From Torpedo marmorata (Eukaryota), in contig OZ360240.1 of NCBI GenBank assembly GCA_977017645.1, positions 75,826,001 to 75,890,000 on the forward strand: a stretch of 64,000 nt of DNA, written 5' to 3'. Each line of letters begins with the position of its first letter. Positions within the stretch are counted from its first letter, which is position 1. Below, one piece after another: positions 1-11,203 of this stretch. The notes under the pieces are model-generated. The model made no database searches, was not told the origin of the DNA, and worked only from the letters and a program-made list of their open reading frames with translations. The position numbers and the translations under genes were made by a program.

Positions 1-3000
1 ACGTCCCCCGGGATAGGGTATCGGAGGGCTCGTTGAGCTTCCCGGGCCGGTACATGATATCATAGTTGTAGGTGGAGAGTTCGATTCTCCACCTCAGAAT
101 TTTATCGTTTTTGATTTTACCCCGCTGCTGATTGCTGACATAAATGTGACTGAGCGCTGGTCAGTCAGCAGGGTAAACCTTTTGCCGGCAAGATAGTGCC
201 TCCAGTGCCTGATAGCTTCCACTATGGCCTGGGCCTCTTTCTCCACCGCTGAGTGCCAAATTTCTGGGCCTTGAAGGGTACGGGAGAAGAACGCCACCGG
301 TCTTCCCGCCTGGATGAGGGTAGCAGCCAGTGCGAAGTCGGACGCGTCGCTCTCTACTTGGAAGGGAGTGGATTCGTCCACCGCGTGCATTGCTGCTTTG
401 GCAATGTCCTCTTTGATGAGGCTGAAGGCCGCGCGTGCCTCAGCTGAGAGAGGAAAGGTGGTGGACTTGACTAGGGGGCGGGCCTTGTCCGCGTAATTAG
501 TGACCCATTGGACGTAATATGAGAAGAAGCCCAAGAACCTTTTGAGGGCTCTGAGGGTGTGGGGGAGCGGTAGTTCTAGCAGGGGGCGCATGCGGTCGGG
601 GTCAGGGCCAATGACTCAGTTCTCCACGACGCACCCCAGGATAACGAGTCGGGTGGTTCCGAACACGCACTTATCCTTGTTGTAAGTGAGATTGAATGTT
701 TTGGCCGCCTGGAGGAACTTCCAGAGATTGTTATCATGGTCCTGCCGGTCGTGACCACAGATAGTAATATTGTCCAGGTATGGGAACGTGGCCTTTAATT
801 GGCACTGGTCCACCATCCTGTCCATCTCCCTCTGGAGATACCCCATTTGTGACCCCAAAGGCAACGCACAGGATGTAAAAGAGCCTGCTGTCCGCCTCTA
901 AGGCAGTATAAGGACGGTCCTCCGGCGGATGGGTAGCTGATGGTAGGCGGATTTAAGGTCTATAGTGGAGTATAGCTTATACTGTGCTATCTAGTTCACC
1001 ATATCCGTGATGCATGGTAGAGGGGACGCGTCGAGCTGCGTGAACCTATTGACGGTCTGACTATAATCTACCACCATCCTATTTTTCTCCCCGTTCATGA
1101 TGACAACCACCTGGGCTCTCCAGGGACTTGTGCTCGCCTCAATGATCCTTTCCCTGAGCAACCGCTGCACCTCCGACAATGAAGGCCCTGTCCCCCGCGC
1201 TGTATCTCCTGCTTTTGGTTGCCACAGGTTTACAGTCAGGGGTCAGATTGGCGAACAGCATTGGGGGATGGATCTTGAGGGTGGATAGGCCGCAAGTAAT
1301 GTCTGTGATGCGGCTGCGCGTGTGATGTGGCGGGATACGTCTAGTATGTCTGAGAAATTGATGGTTACTGACAGTGATTGGTGGGAGGGGCCCATCATAC
1401 TCCATCACGCTTTGCAGGTGGCTCTGGAAGTCGAGCCCTAGTAGTACAGGGGCACACAGTCGAGGCATAACCAATAGTGTAAAGTCCCGATATTCAGTGT
1501 CCTGCACCACTAGCGTCGCTTCACAACCCCCCCGGATGTCTGTTGTGTGCGACCCGGAAGCCATGACGACCCTCTGGCTTACCGGCTGCGTCGTGAGTCC
1601 GCAGCGCTGCACCGTGTCTGGGTGGATGAAGCTCTCCATGCTGTCCATTTCGAAAGGGCAGCTTGTCATGTGTCCCTCCACCAGAATGTCCATCATAGAC
1701 CTCGCGAGTTGGTGGGGTGCACTCTGGTCGAGAATAACGGATGCCAAAGTTGAGTCGCTGTCTTGATCCAACACGATGGAGTGCCTAGTGTTCCGGGATG
1801 GCGGCACCCGTGAGTCGTGGGCCGCGCCGTGTCGGCAAGATGGCGGCGAACAAGATGGCCGCTCCCATGACTCACACGTGTTGGCCACAGGTATGTAAGA
1901 TGGCGGCGACGGAAATAATGACAAACAATATGGCCGCCCCCATGTCTCGCACATGGTGGCAACGAACGGGCAAAATGGCGACGGCAACAATGGCGACCCC
2001 CATGCCTCGCACGCGGCGCTGTTTAATCCCGCTCGTGGTTTGGACTTACAGACCTTGGCGAAGTGGCCTTTCTTCCCGCAGCTTGCACAGGTCGTCTCTC
2101 GGGCCGGGCAGCGTATCTGGGGGTGTTTTTTGAGTCCGCAGAAGTAGCACTTCTCGGACTCGCGATTGGTGGCAGCTGTGGTTGATTCCCTGGCGTGGTG
2201 CGGTGTCTATGGTATCCACGGAGCTGGTGGGAGATCGCGCGCCTGGATACCGTCGGAGTTCTGCAACGCGGCTTCCAGCGTATCGGTCAGCTCTATCACC
2301 GAGCGTAAGGTGAGGTCGGATTGTTCCAGCAGGCGCTGGCGCACATACACCGACCTGGTCCCAGTGACGAATGCGTCTCTTACCAGGAGCTCCGCGTGTT
2401 CTCCGGGCGTCAGTCCCTGGCAATCGCAGTCCCGCACGAGTGTCAGCAGGTCCCGGACGAACTCAGCGCTCCACTCACCGGGTTGCTGCTGCCGCGTCGC
2501 TAACCGATGTCGCGCATATACTGTATTTACTGGCCGTATGTATTGTCTTTTAAGAGCGTTCATCGCGTCTTCGTAGGTCTGCAGGTCTCGGATCATCGAG
2601 TAGACCCGTGGGCTGACCCTAGAGAGGAGGACTTTGCATTTTGACGCGTCTTCGTGCACCTTGATTTCCTCCAGGAACGACTCGAAGCAGGCTAGCCAGA
2701 GTTCGAAAGCGTTGCTGGCCTCTGGTGTTTGCGGATCGAGGTCCAGCTTGTCGGGTCTCAAGACGTTTTCCATGCTTAAAATATTGCTAATAAAATTGAT
2801 GAGCCCATCAATAACTTCAAAAGACTAGAAGTTGTACTTGAACTGAAAAGCTTTTATTAGCAATAGAATGGAGTCACATCCATGCTGGTAATCTGTCCCA
2901 GACTGGGGGAGGAGCGGTGGCACAATCGCCTTTATTCAGGGGGTCTGTGGGAGGAGCCACAGGAACAGTCAGCAGAGGGCATGTCCAGACATCTTACCCA

Positions 3001-3030
3001 GCCACAACCTATACACCGTGGTTTACCACA
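1..3030 (-). mobile_element. Gypsy/Ty3 LTR retrotransposon, degenerate, runs off the left edge of the window
   Basis: Gag ORF 2207-2773 (LRPDKLDLDP...), Zn-knuckle remnants ~2050-2160, protease in 1139-1990 (VLLGLDF), RT fragments 991-1179 (SPWRAQVVV, RMVVDY) and 616-864 (YLDN), RNase H 94-591 (ESDASD, EKEAQAI, TDQ). Several frameshifts. Confidence 0.93.
2797..3030 (-). repeat. 5' LTR of the Gypsy element (~234 bp)
   Basis: Minus strand starts TGTGGTAAACC at 3030 and ends CATCA at 2797, contains AATAAA, and lies ~24 nt upstream of the gag ATG. The 3' LTR is outside the window, so the boundary is not confirmed by a second copy. Confidence 0.75.
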
Positions 3031-3052
3031 CCTCCCATGTTCCAAAGACAGT

Positions 3053-3780
3053 CAAGGTTCAAGATTCCTTTCATTGTCACATAATAATACATTAAAAATG
3101 TAACATACGTGATGTACTTTAATTTTTGACTACCACAAGGCAGACAAAGAGTCGCCATTAGTGTTGCCCGGAGCCCCTTACAGTACGAGAGAAAGAGAAG
3201 CAAATGAGTCTCTTCAGAGTCACTGAGTGTCCGTGGATTCATCTCCAGCGCTCCCGCAGCCTCTGCAGCCGCACAGACTCCTGTTCGATCCATCGGCAAC
3301 CTGAGCTCCAGATCTAAACCTCGGATACGATCAGGAAGCCTTCAGCGCCCGAGGCCCTTTGGGAGCCCTTCTTGACCTCAGCTCCCTCTTGAATCCCAGT
3401 TCCGATACCTGGATCACAGGAGCCAGTGTCCACCTGTGCGGTTCCCCCGACTGCAAGTCGGCAACAGCCCGCAGTCTGTGCGGGTCCCCCGACTGTAAGT
3501 CACCCGAAGCCTGCGTGGGTTGTTCAGCCGCTGAGCCCCTCGCTGGACCGCCGACATGGTCACCGTTCTGTAGGGTCGTCTCCTCTGCTTCTCTTTCTCA
3601 ACGGAGTGTGTTCTCCCCGTTTCTGGTGCCCTGTGTCCGCTGCTCCCCGGAATCTGTAACCCCCTCGTGCCCGCTGCTGAGCATTGGCATCGGCACCGCC
3701 ATCCTGATCACAAACCTCACGGTTGCAGAATTTTACTTACAGCTATAGTTGGCTCCTTTAACAAGCCGTTTAAAGCCTGT
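3053..3780 (-). mobile_element. Non-autonomous retroposon (GC-rich body plus Rex1-like 3' tail), copy 1
   Basis: Homologous to 57563-58295 and 60642-61294; minus-strand end GACAAT..GAATCTTGAACCTTG; no RT motifs. Confidence 0.65.
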
Positions 3781-4832
3781 CATTTCAAGTCAAGTTTATT
3801 GTCATCTGATTGTACAACCCGACGAAACAACGTTCTCCGGTCCTCGGTGCAAAACATGCAGACACACAACCAGACATAACTCACTTACAGACAAACAATA
3901 CAAATGCAGGACAAGTATTTCATCAATACAAATAAATATCTAAATGTCATTTTGTACAAATGAGAGTCTCGGATGTTTAGTGTGAGCAGTTCCTTTGGTC
4001 GTTCAGCAATCTCACTGCCTGTGGGAAGAAGCTGTTCCTCAGCCTGGTGGTGCTGGCTCTGATACTCCTGTATCTCTTCCCCGACGGGAGCAGCTGAAAG
4101 ATGCTGTGTGCAGGGTGGAAGGCGGCCTCAATGATTTTACGAGCCCTCTTCAGATCCCGGTAGATCACATCGATGGGGGGAAGGATACTCTAGTGATCCT
4201 CTCTGCCACTCTTATGGTCCTGTGGATTGACCTCCGATCCATTTCCCTGCAGCAACCGTACCACACTGTGATGCAGCCGGCCAGGATGCTCTCGATAGAG
4301 CGCCTATAGAAGGTTGACATAATGGTGGCCAGTAGCCTTGCCCGCTTCAGTCTTCTCAGGAAGTGCAGTCGCTGTTGCACCTTCCTGACAAGTGAGGAGA
4401 TGTTGTGTGTCCACGATAGGTCACTAGTTAAGTGAACTCCAAGGAACTTGGTGCTCTCCACTCTCTCTACTACAGAGTTGTTGATGTGTAGTGGAAGGTG
4501 GTCATTCCTGGTCCTCCTGAAGTCCACGATCATCTCCTTCGTCTTGTCCACATTGAGACTCAAGTTGTTAATCTCGCACCATTTCACAAGAGTTTCCACC
4601 TCTTCTCTGTAGTGCGACTCATCGTTGTTGCTGATGAGGCCAACTACTGTTATGTCATCTTCAAACAATGACACTGTTGGAGCTGGATCTGGCGATGCAG
4701 TCGTGGGTCAGTAGCGTGAACAGGAGCGGGCTGAGCACACAGCCCTGAGGTGCGTCAGTGCTCAGTGTGACCGTGTTCAACGTTCTCCTACCGACCCGGA
4801 CAGACTGTGGTCTTTCCATTAGGAAGTCCAGG
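3781..4832 (-). mobile_element. Rex1/Babar LINE, 5'-truncated
   Basis: ORF 4165-4674 (DDITVVGLISNNDESHYR, QQRLHFLRRL) and 3977-4168 (LPSGKRYRSI..NSFFPQAVRLLN); tail GACAATAAACTTGACTTG. Confidence 0.9.
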
Positions 4833-5203
4833 TTCCTGCCTGTATGGAGGCGCCGGCATTAGGACCAGGTGGTGGAACACTTTGGAGCAGCGCTGTGTCT
4901 CCACTCTCTGCTCTCCTGGGTCCGCGCTACCGTTACAGCAGCTCCAGCAGCGCCGCCATTTGGGGTTTGGGTTAGTTGGTTTATAAGTCACATGGGTGTA
5001 TTTGGGCACACAGGCTCATGGATCAGAAGGGGCTGTTACCATGCTGCAACTCTAAATAGCAGGTCCCCCATCATGGGAGTTGGATGTTAGAATGATTATG
5101 CAGTTGTACACATCATACCAATCAGTCTTTGTAAACCAGTGTCCAAAAGTCTGAGACCTGAGGAAAGAAAAAACTTCTTGGTAGACCGGTGAAGCAATCA
5201 TCA

Positions 5204-5365
5204 GGGGTGACACAGTTGGTGTAGTGGTTAGTGCAACGCCGGCGATCGGGACCAGGGTTCGAATCCCGCGCTGTCTGTAAGGAGTTTGTACGTTCTCCCC
5301 GTGTCTGCGTGAGTTTTCCCCGGGGGCTCCGGTTTCCTCCCACCGTTCAAAATGTACCGAGGGTT
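5204..5365 (+). mobile_element. tRNA-derived V-SINE, 5' half (3' half at 14775-14863)
   Basis: A/B-box head (TGGTGTAGTGG, GGTTCGAATCC) and V-domain GGAGTTTGTACGTTCTCCCCGTGTCTGCGTG; interrupted at the duplicated sequence CCGAGGGTT. Confidence 0.88.
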
Positions 5366-6134
5366 AGAAAACATAGAAACATAGAAAATAGATGTAGGAG
5401 TAGGCCATCTGCCATGCATTTGCCCACTCACCCAACCTGTCCAAGTCACCCTGCACCCTCTTAACATCCTCTACACAGCTAACACTGCCACCCAGCTTCG
5501 TGTCGTCTGCAAACTTGGAAATGCTGTTTTCTATTCCCTCATCTAGATCATTAATATATATTGTAAATAACTGGGGTCCTAGCACTGAGCCTTGTGGTAC
5601 CCCACTCGTTACTGTCCGCCATTCCGAAAAGTACCCGTTTATTCCTACTCTTTGCTTCCTATCTGTCAACCAATTTTCTATCCACCTCAATACCATACCC
5701 CCTATACCGTGTGCCTTAAGTTTGTACACCAATCTCCTGTGTGGGACCTTATCAAAAGCCTTCTGAAAATCCAGGTATACCACATCCACTGGTTCTCCCC
5801 TATCCACTCTACTAGTTACATCCTCAAAAAATTCAATAAGATTCATCAGACATGATTTTCCCTTCATAAAACCATGTCTCTTCATAAAACTCTGTCCAAT
5901 GATTCCACCACTTTCCAGATGTGCCGCAATCACATCTTTAATAACTGACTCTAGCATTTTCCCCACTACCGATGTCAGGCTAGCCAATCTATAATTCCCT
6001 GTTTTCTCTCTCCCTCCCTTCTTAAAAAGTGGAGTTACATTAGCCACCCTCCAGTCCTCAGGAACTACTCCAGAATCTAAAGAGTTTTGAAAAATTATCA
6101 CTAATGCATCCACTATTTCATGGGCTACTTCCTT
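5366..6134 (-). mobile_element. CR1 LINE 3' part (RT, internally deleted, plus tail)
   Basis: ORF 5364-6113 with [27 protein letters not shown]; (TTTCTATG)n tail at 5366-5390. Confidence 0.93.
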
Positions 6135-7054
6135 TTTTTAAATTATTTTTTTTATTTTAAATATTTTATTTAAACATTTAAATCACAAAATACATAAGGT
6201 AAAATATGAAATTATCAAAATACTTGTGATACATTTTCACCCCCCCTCCCTCCATCCCCTCCCTAACCCTCCCATCCCTACTAATCTACTAAAATAAAAA
6301 TAAAAAAGAAAGAAAAAGATAGAATAAGGAGAATGTCAATCTAAAAAAACACATCTATAAACTGATTTTATTATGGAGGATAGGTTCGCCAGTCAGATCC
6401 GATGTCTAGAGATCTTCAAATCCTTAAACCAACAGCCTTCATATATGGGCTCCATATTTTCAAAAAGAAATGATATTTATTACATAAATTATAGGTAATT
6501 TTTTCAAGTGGTATACATGAACGAAGTTCTGCATGCCATCTCTCTAACCCTAAATCTACATCAGATTTCCATGTAATAGCAATACATTTCTTAGAAACAG
6601 CTGAAGCAATTCGCAAAAATTCTATTTGATACATATTTAATTTCATCTTAATACTAATTCTTTTAATATCTCCAAACAAAAATTGGAAGTGTAATACTCA
6701 ATACTTTATCTAAATTTTTTTAAACTTTCAACCAAAAATCATAAATCTTTGGACAAAACCATGTAGAATGTACAAAAGAACCTTCCTCTCTTACATCTAA
6801 AACATAAATCTGATAATGTCGAATTAAATTTCTTTAATTTTTTAGGCGTTAAATATAATTGATGAAAAAAATTATATTGAACGAATCTATATCTAACATT
6901 AATAATCTTTGTCATACTTAGTTTACATAATTCTTTCCAATGTTCTTCGTCTATTATTACCCGATTCGGCGTATAAATCGACCCTTGAAAAACCAAAAAA
7001 AAACCCGACTGCAACAAATTTTCATTGACATTTTTATTGAAAACAACAAAACAT

Positions 7055-8392
7055 TTAGAACCCTTCAAAATCACTTTTGCTATCATCGTCTGAGGCAAAG
7101 ATCTCGGCAAGCACATCCAGGGTCTCACTGATTAAACAGTCATCATACGGGTCCCAGTCTGTATCTGATGAGGCGGCTTCAGCTTCGTCGTCAGTGTCCC
7201 ACAATAAATCATCTTCCGTACCATCAATTGCACAAGAGATACCGCACTTTTTAAACGATTTTATTACAGTCTCTACTTTCACTTTGTCCCATGCCTTGAA
7301 CACGAAGTCACACAGCACATCAAGCGATGCAGCACACATTGCCCCGCCTTTTGTAAATGATTTTTCTGCACTCGACATCCATGTATTCCACTCTTCACGC
7401 ACATGGTCTTTGAATGGCTTGTTCAAGCAGACATCGAGAGGTTGCAATATAGACGTCAAACCACCTGGGATAACCGCCATGTAAGTATTATGTTGTGCTA
7501 ATCTACTTTTAGTCTTCTCAGTTAAGTGGCTACGAAACATATCCCAGACCAGCAAACTCCGTTCCTTGCGTAAACCGCCTGGCCGCCTGTTCCACACATT
7601 GTCCATCCATAGTTTTACACCATTTTCATCCATCCATCCTTTTTCATGAAAATGTACAAAAATACCCACAGGGAATTTTATTTTAGGTTTAAATTTACGT
7701 TTGAAGATTACCATGGGTCTTAACTTTGTCCCGTCAGCCATGCACGATAACACCACGGTAAACCTGGTCCTTTCATGGCCTGTACTCCTGGTTTGCACAG
7801 TTTTCACACCTTTCCATTCCACTGTTCTATTGCCTATCATGTCAAAATTCATGGGGGTTTCGACAATGTTTCCAATATTTGCCAATGCAAACTTGTGTTT
7901 CTGCCGGTTACGTAAAATAAACTGGTGAAAACTTACAACTTTATGATCAAGATCTTTTGGTAGTTTCTGAGCAATTTTTGTTTTTTGTCATAATACCAGA
8001 TTTTTCCTGTTCATGAAACGGTTGCACCAGCCGACTGTAGCTTCAAAATCATTACTGAGTTCTGGGTGCGACTTTGCCCACTTCAGTGCAAATGTTCTTA
8101 TTTTATTTCGGGTGACTATGTAGCAATCTTGCCTCTGTTCACGTACCCATGCTGCGACGTGATTTTCCAACTCTGGCCAACGAGTGATTCCTCTTCTCAT
8201 GGAACATTGCCTTTTTGGTATTTTTCTTAAAGTATCTTCTTTCTTCCTCCAATCTCTTACCAACTTCTCACATATATCAAATTTTCTTGCAGCAGCACAG
8301 TTGTTGGTTTTCTTGACCATTTCTATCACTTTTAATTTAAAACTCACCTCATACTTTCGTCGTTTCAATTGAGCCTCCATGATAACAATCAC
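7055..8392 (-). pseudogene. pogo transposase (Brinker-like DBD, CENP-B HTH, DDE_1) with one stop codon
   Basis: ORFs 7988-8392 and 7055-7885 are in the same frame, separated by a single TGA at 7988-7990; first catalytic D appears mutated (NIVETP for N-DETP); VWD..PLD spacing is 35 aa. Confidence 0.9.
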
Positions 8393-8399
8393 CTCCAGC

Positions 8400-8614
8400 C
8401 AACGCCCAGCAGCTCAATCAGCGCGATCGTTGTGGGTCGACCTATACGCCGGTCAACACCCAGCAGCTCAATCATCGCGATCGTTGTGGGTCGACCTATA
8501 CGCCGGTCAACGCCCATCAGCTCAATCATCGCGATTTTTGGGGGTTGACTTATACGCCGGTCGACACTCAGCATCTCAGGCATCGCGATTTTTGGGGGTC
8601 GACTTATACGCCGG
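8400..8614. repeat. Four 54-bp subterminal tandem repeats of the pogo element
   Basis: Unit CAACGCCCAGCAGCTCAATCAGCGCGATCGTTGTGGGTCGACCTATACGCCGGT; each carries the TIR core. Confidence 0.9.
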
Positions 8615-11203
8615 ATATACAATAAAACCATTAAAATGAGGCTGAAAAAGGGGGGTCGACTTATCCGCGAGTCGACTTATACGCCGAAATATACGGTAAT
8701 TTTGTATCAATCTTTATTCCCAAATATTTAACTCCTTCCTTTGACCATTTAAATTGTGTAATTTCTTTACATTTACTATAATCCCCTTGTGTCAATGCCA
8801 TAATTTCACTTTTATCAGAATTAATCTTATAACCAGATATTTCCCCATATTCTCTCAATAACAGTCAATTATATTAAAGAAGTAATAGGTTTTGTTTTAT
8901 ATAAATCAATACATCATCTGCAAATAAACTAATTTTATGCTCTTCTCTTCCAACTTTAATACCTGCAAACTTAATATCTTGTCTAACTAATTAAAAGGTT
9001 CTATTGCTAAAATAAACAATGCTGGCGACAAAGGACATCCTTGTCTAGTTGACCTAGTCAAAGAAAATTTTGAAGAAATTTGTCCATTTGTCACCACTTT
9101 AGCAGATGGTTCTTTATATATAGTTTTAATCCAATTAATAAATGTAGTTCCAAAACCAAATTTCCCCAATACCTTAAATAAATAATTCCACTCTAATCTG
9201 TCAAAAGCCTTTTCAGCATCTAATGTTAATACTAATGCTAGATCATCTTTTTTTCCCCACATTAATTAAACTAATTAATCTAGCTATGTTATCTTTTGAA
9301 TATCTATTCTTAATAAAACCAGCTTGATCTACATGGATTAAATCTGGTAAATAATTAGCCACTCTATTTGCTAAAATTTTTGCCATTATCCTGTAATCCA
9401 CATTTAACAATGAAATTGGTCTATATGATTCTGTTTTCAACACATCTCTATCTTTTTTAGGTATAATTGTAATTATTGCATTCGAAAATGTGTCCGGTAA
9501 CGAATGAGTTTCCGCTATTTGTTTCAACACATCCATATATGGAGGTATCAATAAATCTTTAAACTCCTTATAAAATTCTGATGGGAAACCATCCTCCCCT
9601 GGAGATTTACCACTCGTTAAAGAACTATGAACATCATTAACTTCCCTCATTGAAAAAGACGAGTCTAAAAATTCTTTACTTTGAGTATTTAATCTAGGTA
9701 ACTTAATTTTAGATAGAAATTCATTAATTTTAGAATCATCTTCATCAATCTGAGATTTATATAAATTCAAATAAAAATCCTTAAAAGAATCATTTATTTC
9801 TCGAGGTTTATATGTTATTTTTTTAGAGTTCTTTTTTATAGCATTTATACCGGTAGTTCTAAAAGATTGATCTTTCTTTAATTGCCATGCCAACACTTTA
9901 TGTGCTCTTTCTCCCAATTCATAATATCTTTGCTTAATTCTTTCAATTAATTTTTCCATTTTATATGTTTGTAACATATTATAATGCAATTTTTTCCCAA
10001 TTAAATTTTTTTTCTTTTTTTCTGATTTTTTTTTGCAAGTCTTTCTCCAAAAATTCAATCTCCCTCTCCAAATTATCCACCTCCTGAACATAGTCCTTCT
10101 TAATTTTTGCTGAATAACTTATTATTTGGCCTCTTAAATAAGCCTTTAAAGCTTCCCAAATAATAAATTTATTATCAATCGAATTAGAATTAATTTGTAA
10201 AAATTCTTGAATTTCTCTTCTTATATAATCACAAAAATCCATTCTTTTTAATAAAGAGGAATTAAATCTCCACCTATATATAATTTTTTCTTTTTCTGGA
10301 ATTATACAAGACATTAATAAAGGCGAATGATCAGAAATTATTCTTGCTTTATAACATGCTTATGTTACCCTATCTTGGACTTGTGAAGACAATAAAAACA
10401 TATCTATCCAAGAATATGAATCATGTCTAAAAGAATAATCTTTTTCTCTAGGGTTCAACTTTCTCCAAATATCTATTAAGTTTAACTCTTTCATCAAAAT
10501 AAGAATTCTTTTAGCAATTTTAGATTTAATAACTGATTTCGATGTTTTATCCATTATCGGATCTAAACAACAATTAAAATCCCCACCAATTAAAATATTA
10601 TCATTAGCTTCTGATAAATGCATAAAAGAATCTTGAATAAATTGTTCATCTTCCATATTTGGTACATATATATTCATAAGTGTCCACATTTCTGAATATA
10701 TCTGACAATGTATTAAAACATATCTACCTACCACATGTATAACCACAGATTGTATTTTAAAAGATAACTTTTTATTAACTAATATAGCAACTCCTCTTGC
10801 TTTAGAATTAAATGAAGATGCAACCACTTGGCCAACCCATTCTTTCTTCAACTTCTGATGTTCTAAATCTGTCAAATGTGTCTCTTGTAAAAAAAGCTAT
10901 ATCTACATTTAACTTTTTAATATACGCTAAAGTTTTCTTCCTTTTAATCGGGTTATTTAGCCCATTTATATTAATACTTACTACATTTATTGTTTTACTA
11001 TCCATCATTACTAAATCTTAATAACTCTCTCTCCATCAGATCCACCAGCACCCTCCTCCACATTCGTAATCTATTTGACATCTCCTTAAAAAGAAAAAGA
11101 AAGAAAAAGCAAATAAAAAAGAAAAAAAACCCCACTGTATACAATACTGGCAAAATTACCCCAGTATTACCCCCCTCCATTACTCAGGAAGTGGCCCTCG
11201 CCA

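Larger units (their letters stand above)
6965..8696 (-). mobile_element. pogo-superfamily DNA transposon (DD35D, POGK/Tc2-like) inserted in L1 ORF2
   Basis: Right end GTCGACTTATACGCCGAAATATACGG followed by TA (minus strand TA-CCGTATATTTCGGCGTATAAGTCGAC); left end retains only TTCGGCGTATAAATCGAC. Confidence 0.9.

Noticed and set aside
8400-8614. CRISPR-like regular repeats
   Set aside because: Whole units are tandemly repeated with no unique spacers, no cas genes, eukaryotic transposon context.
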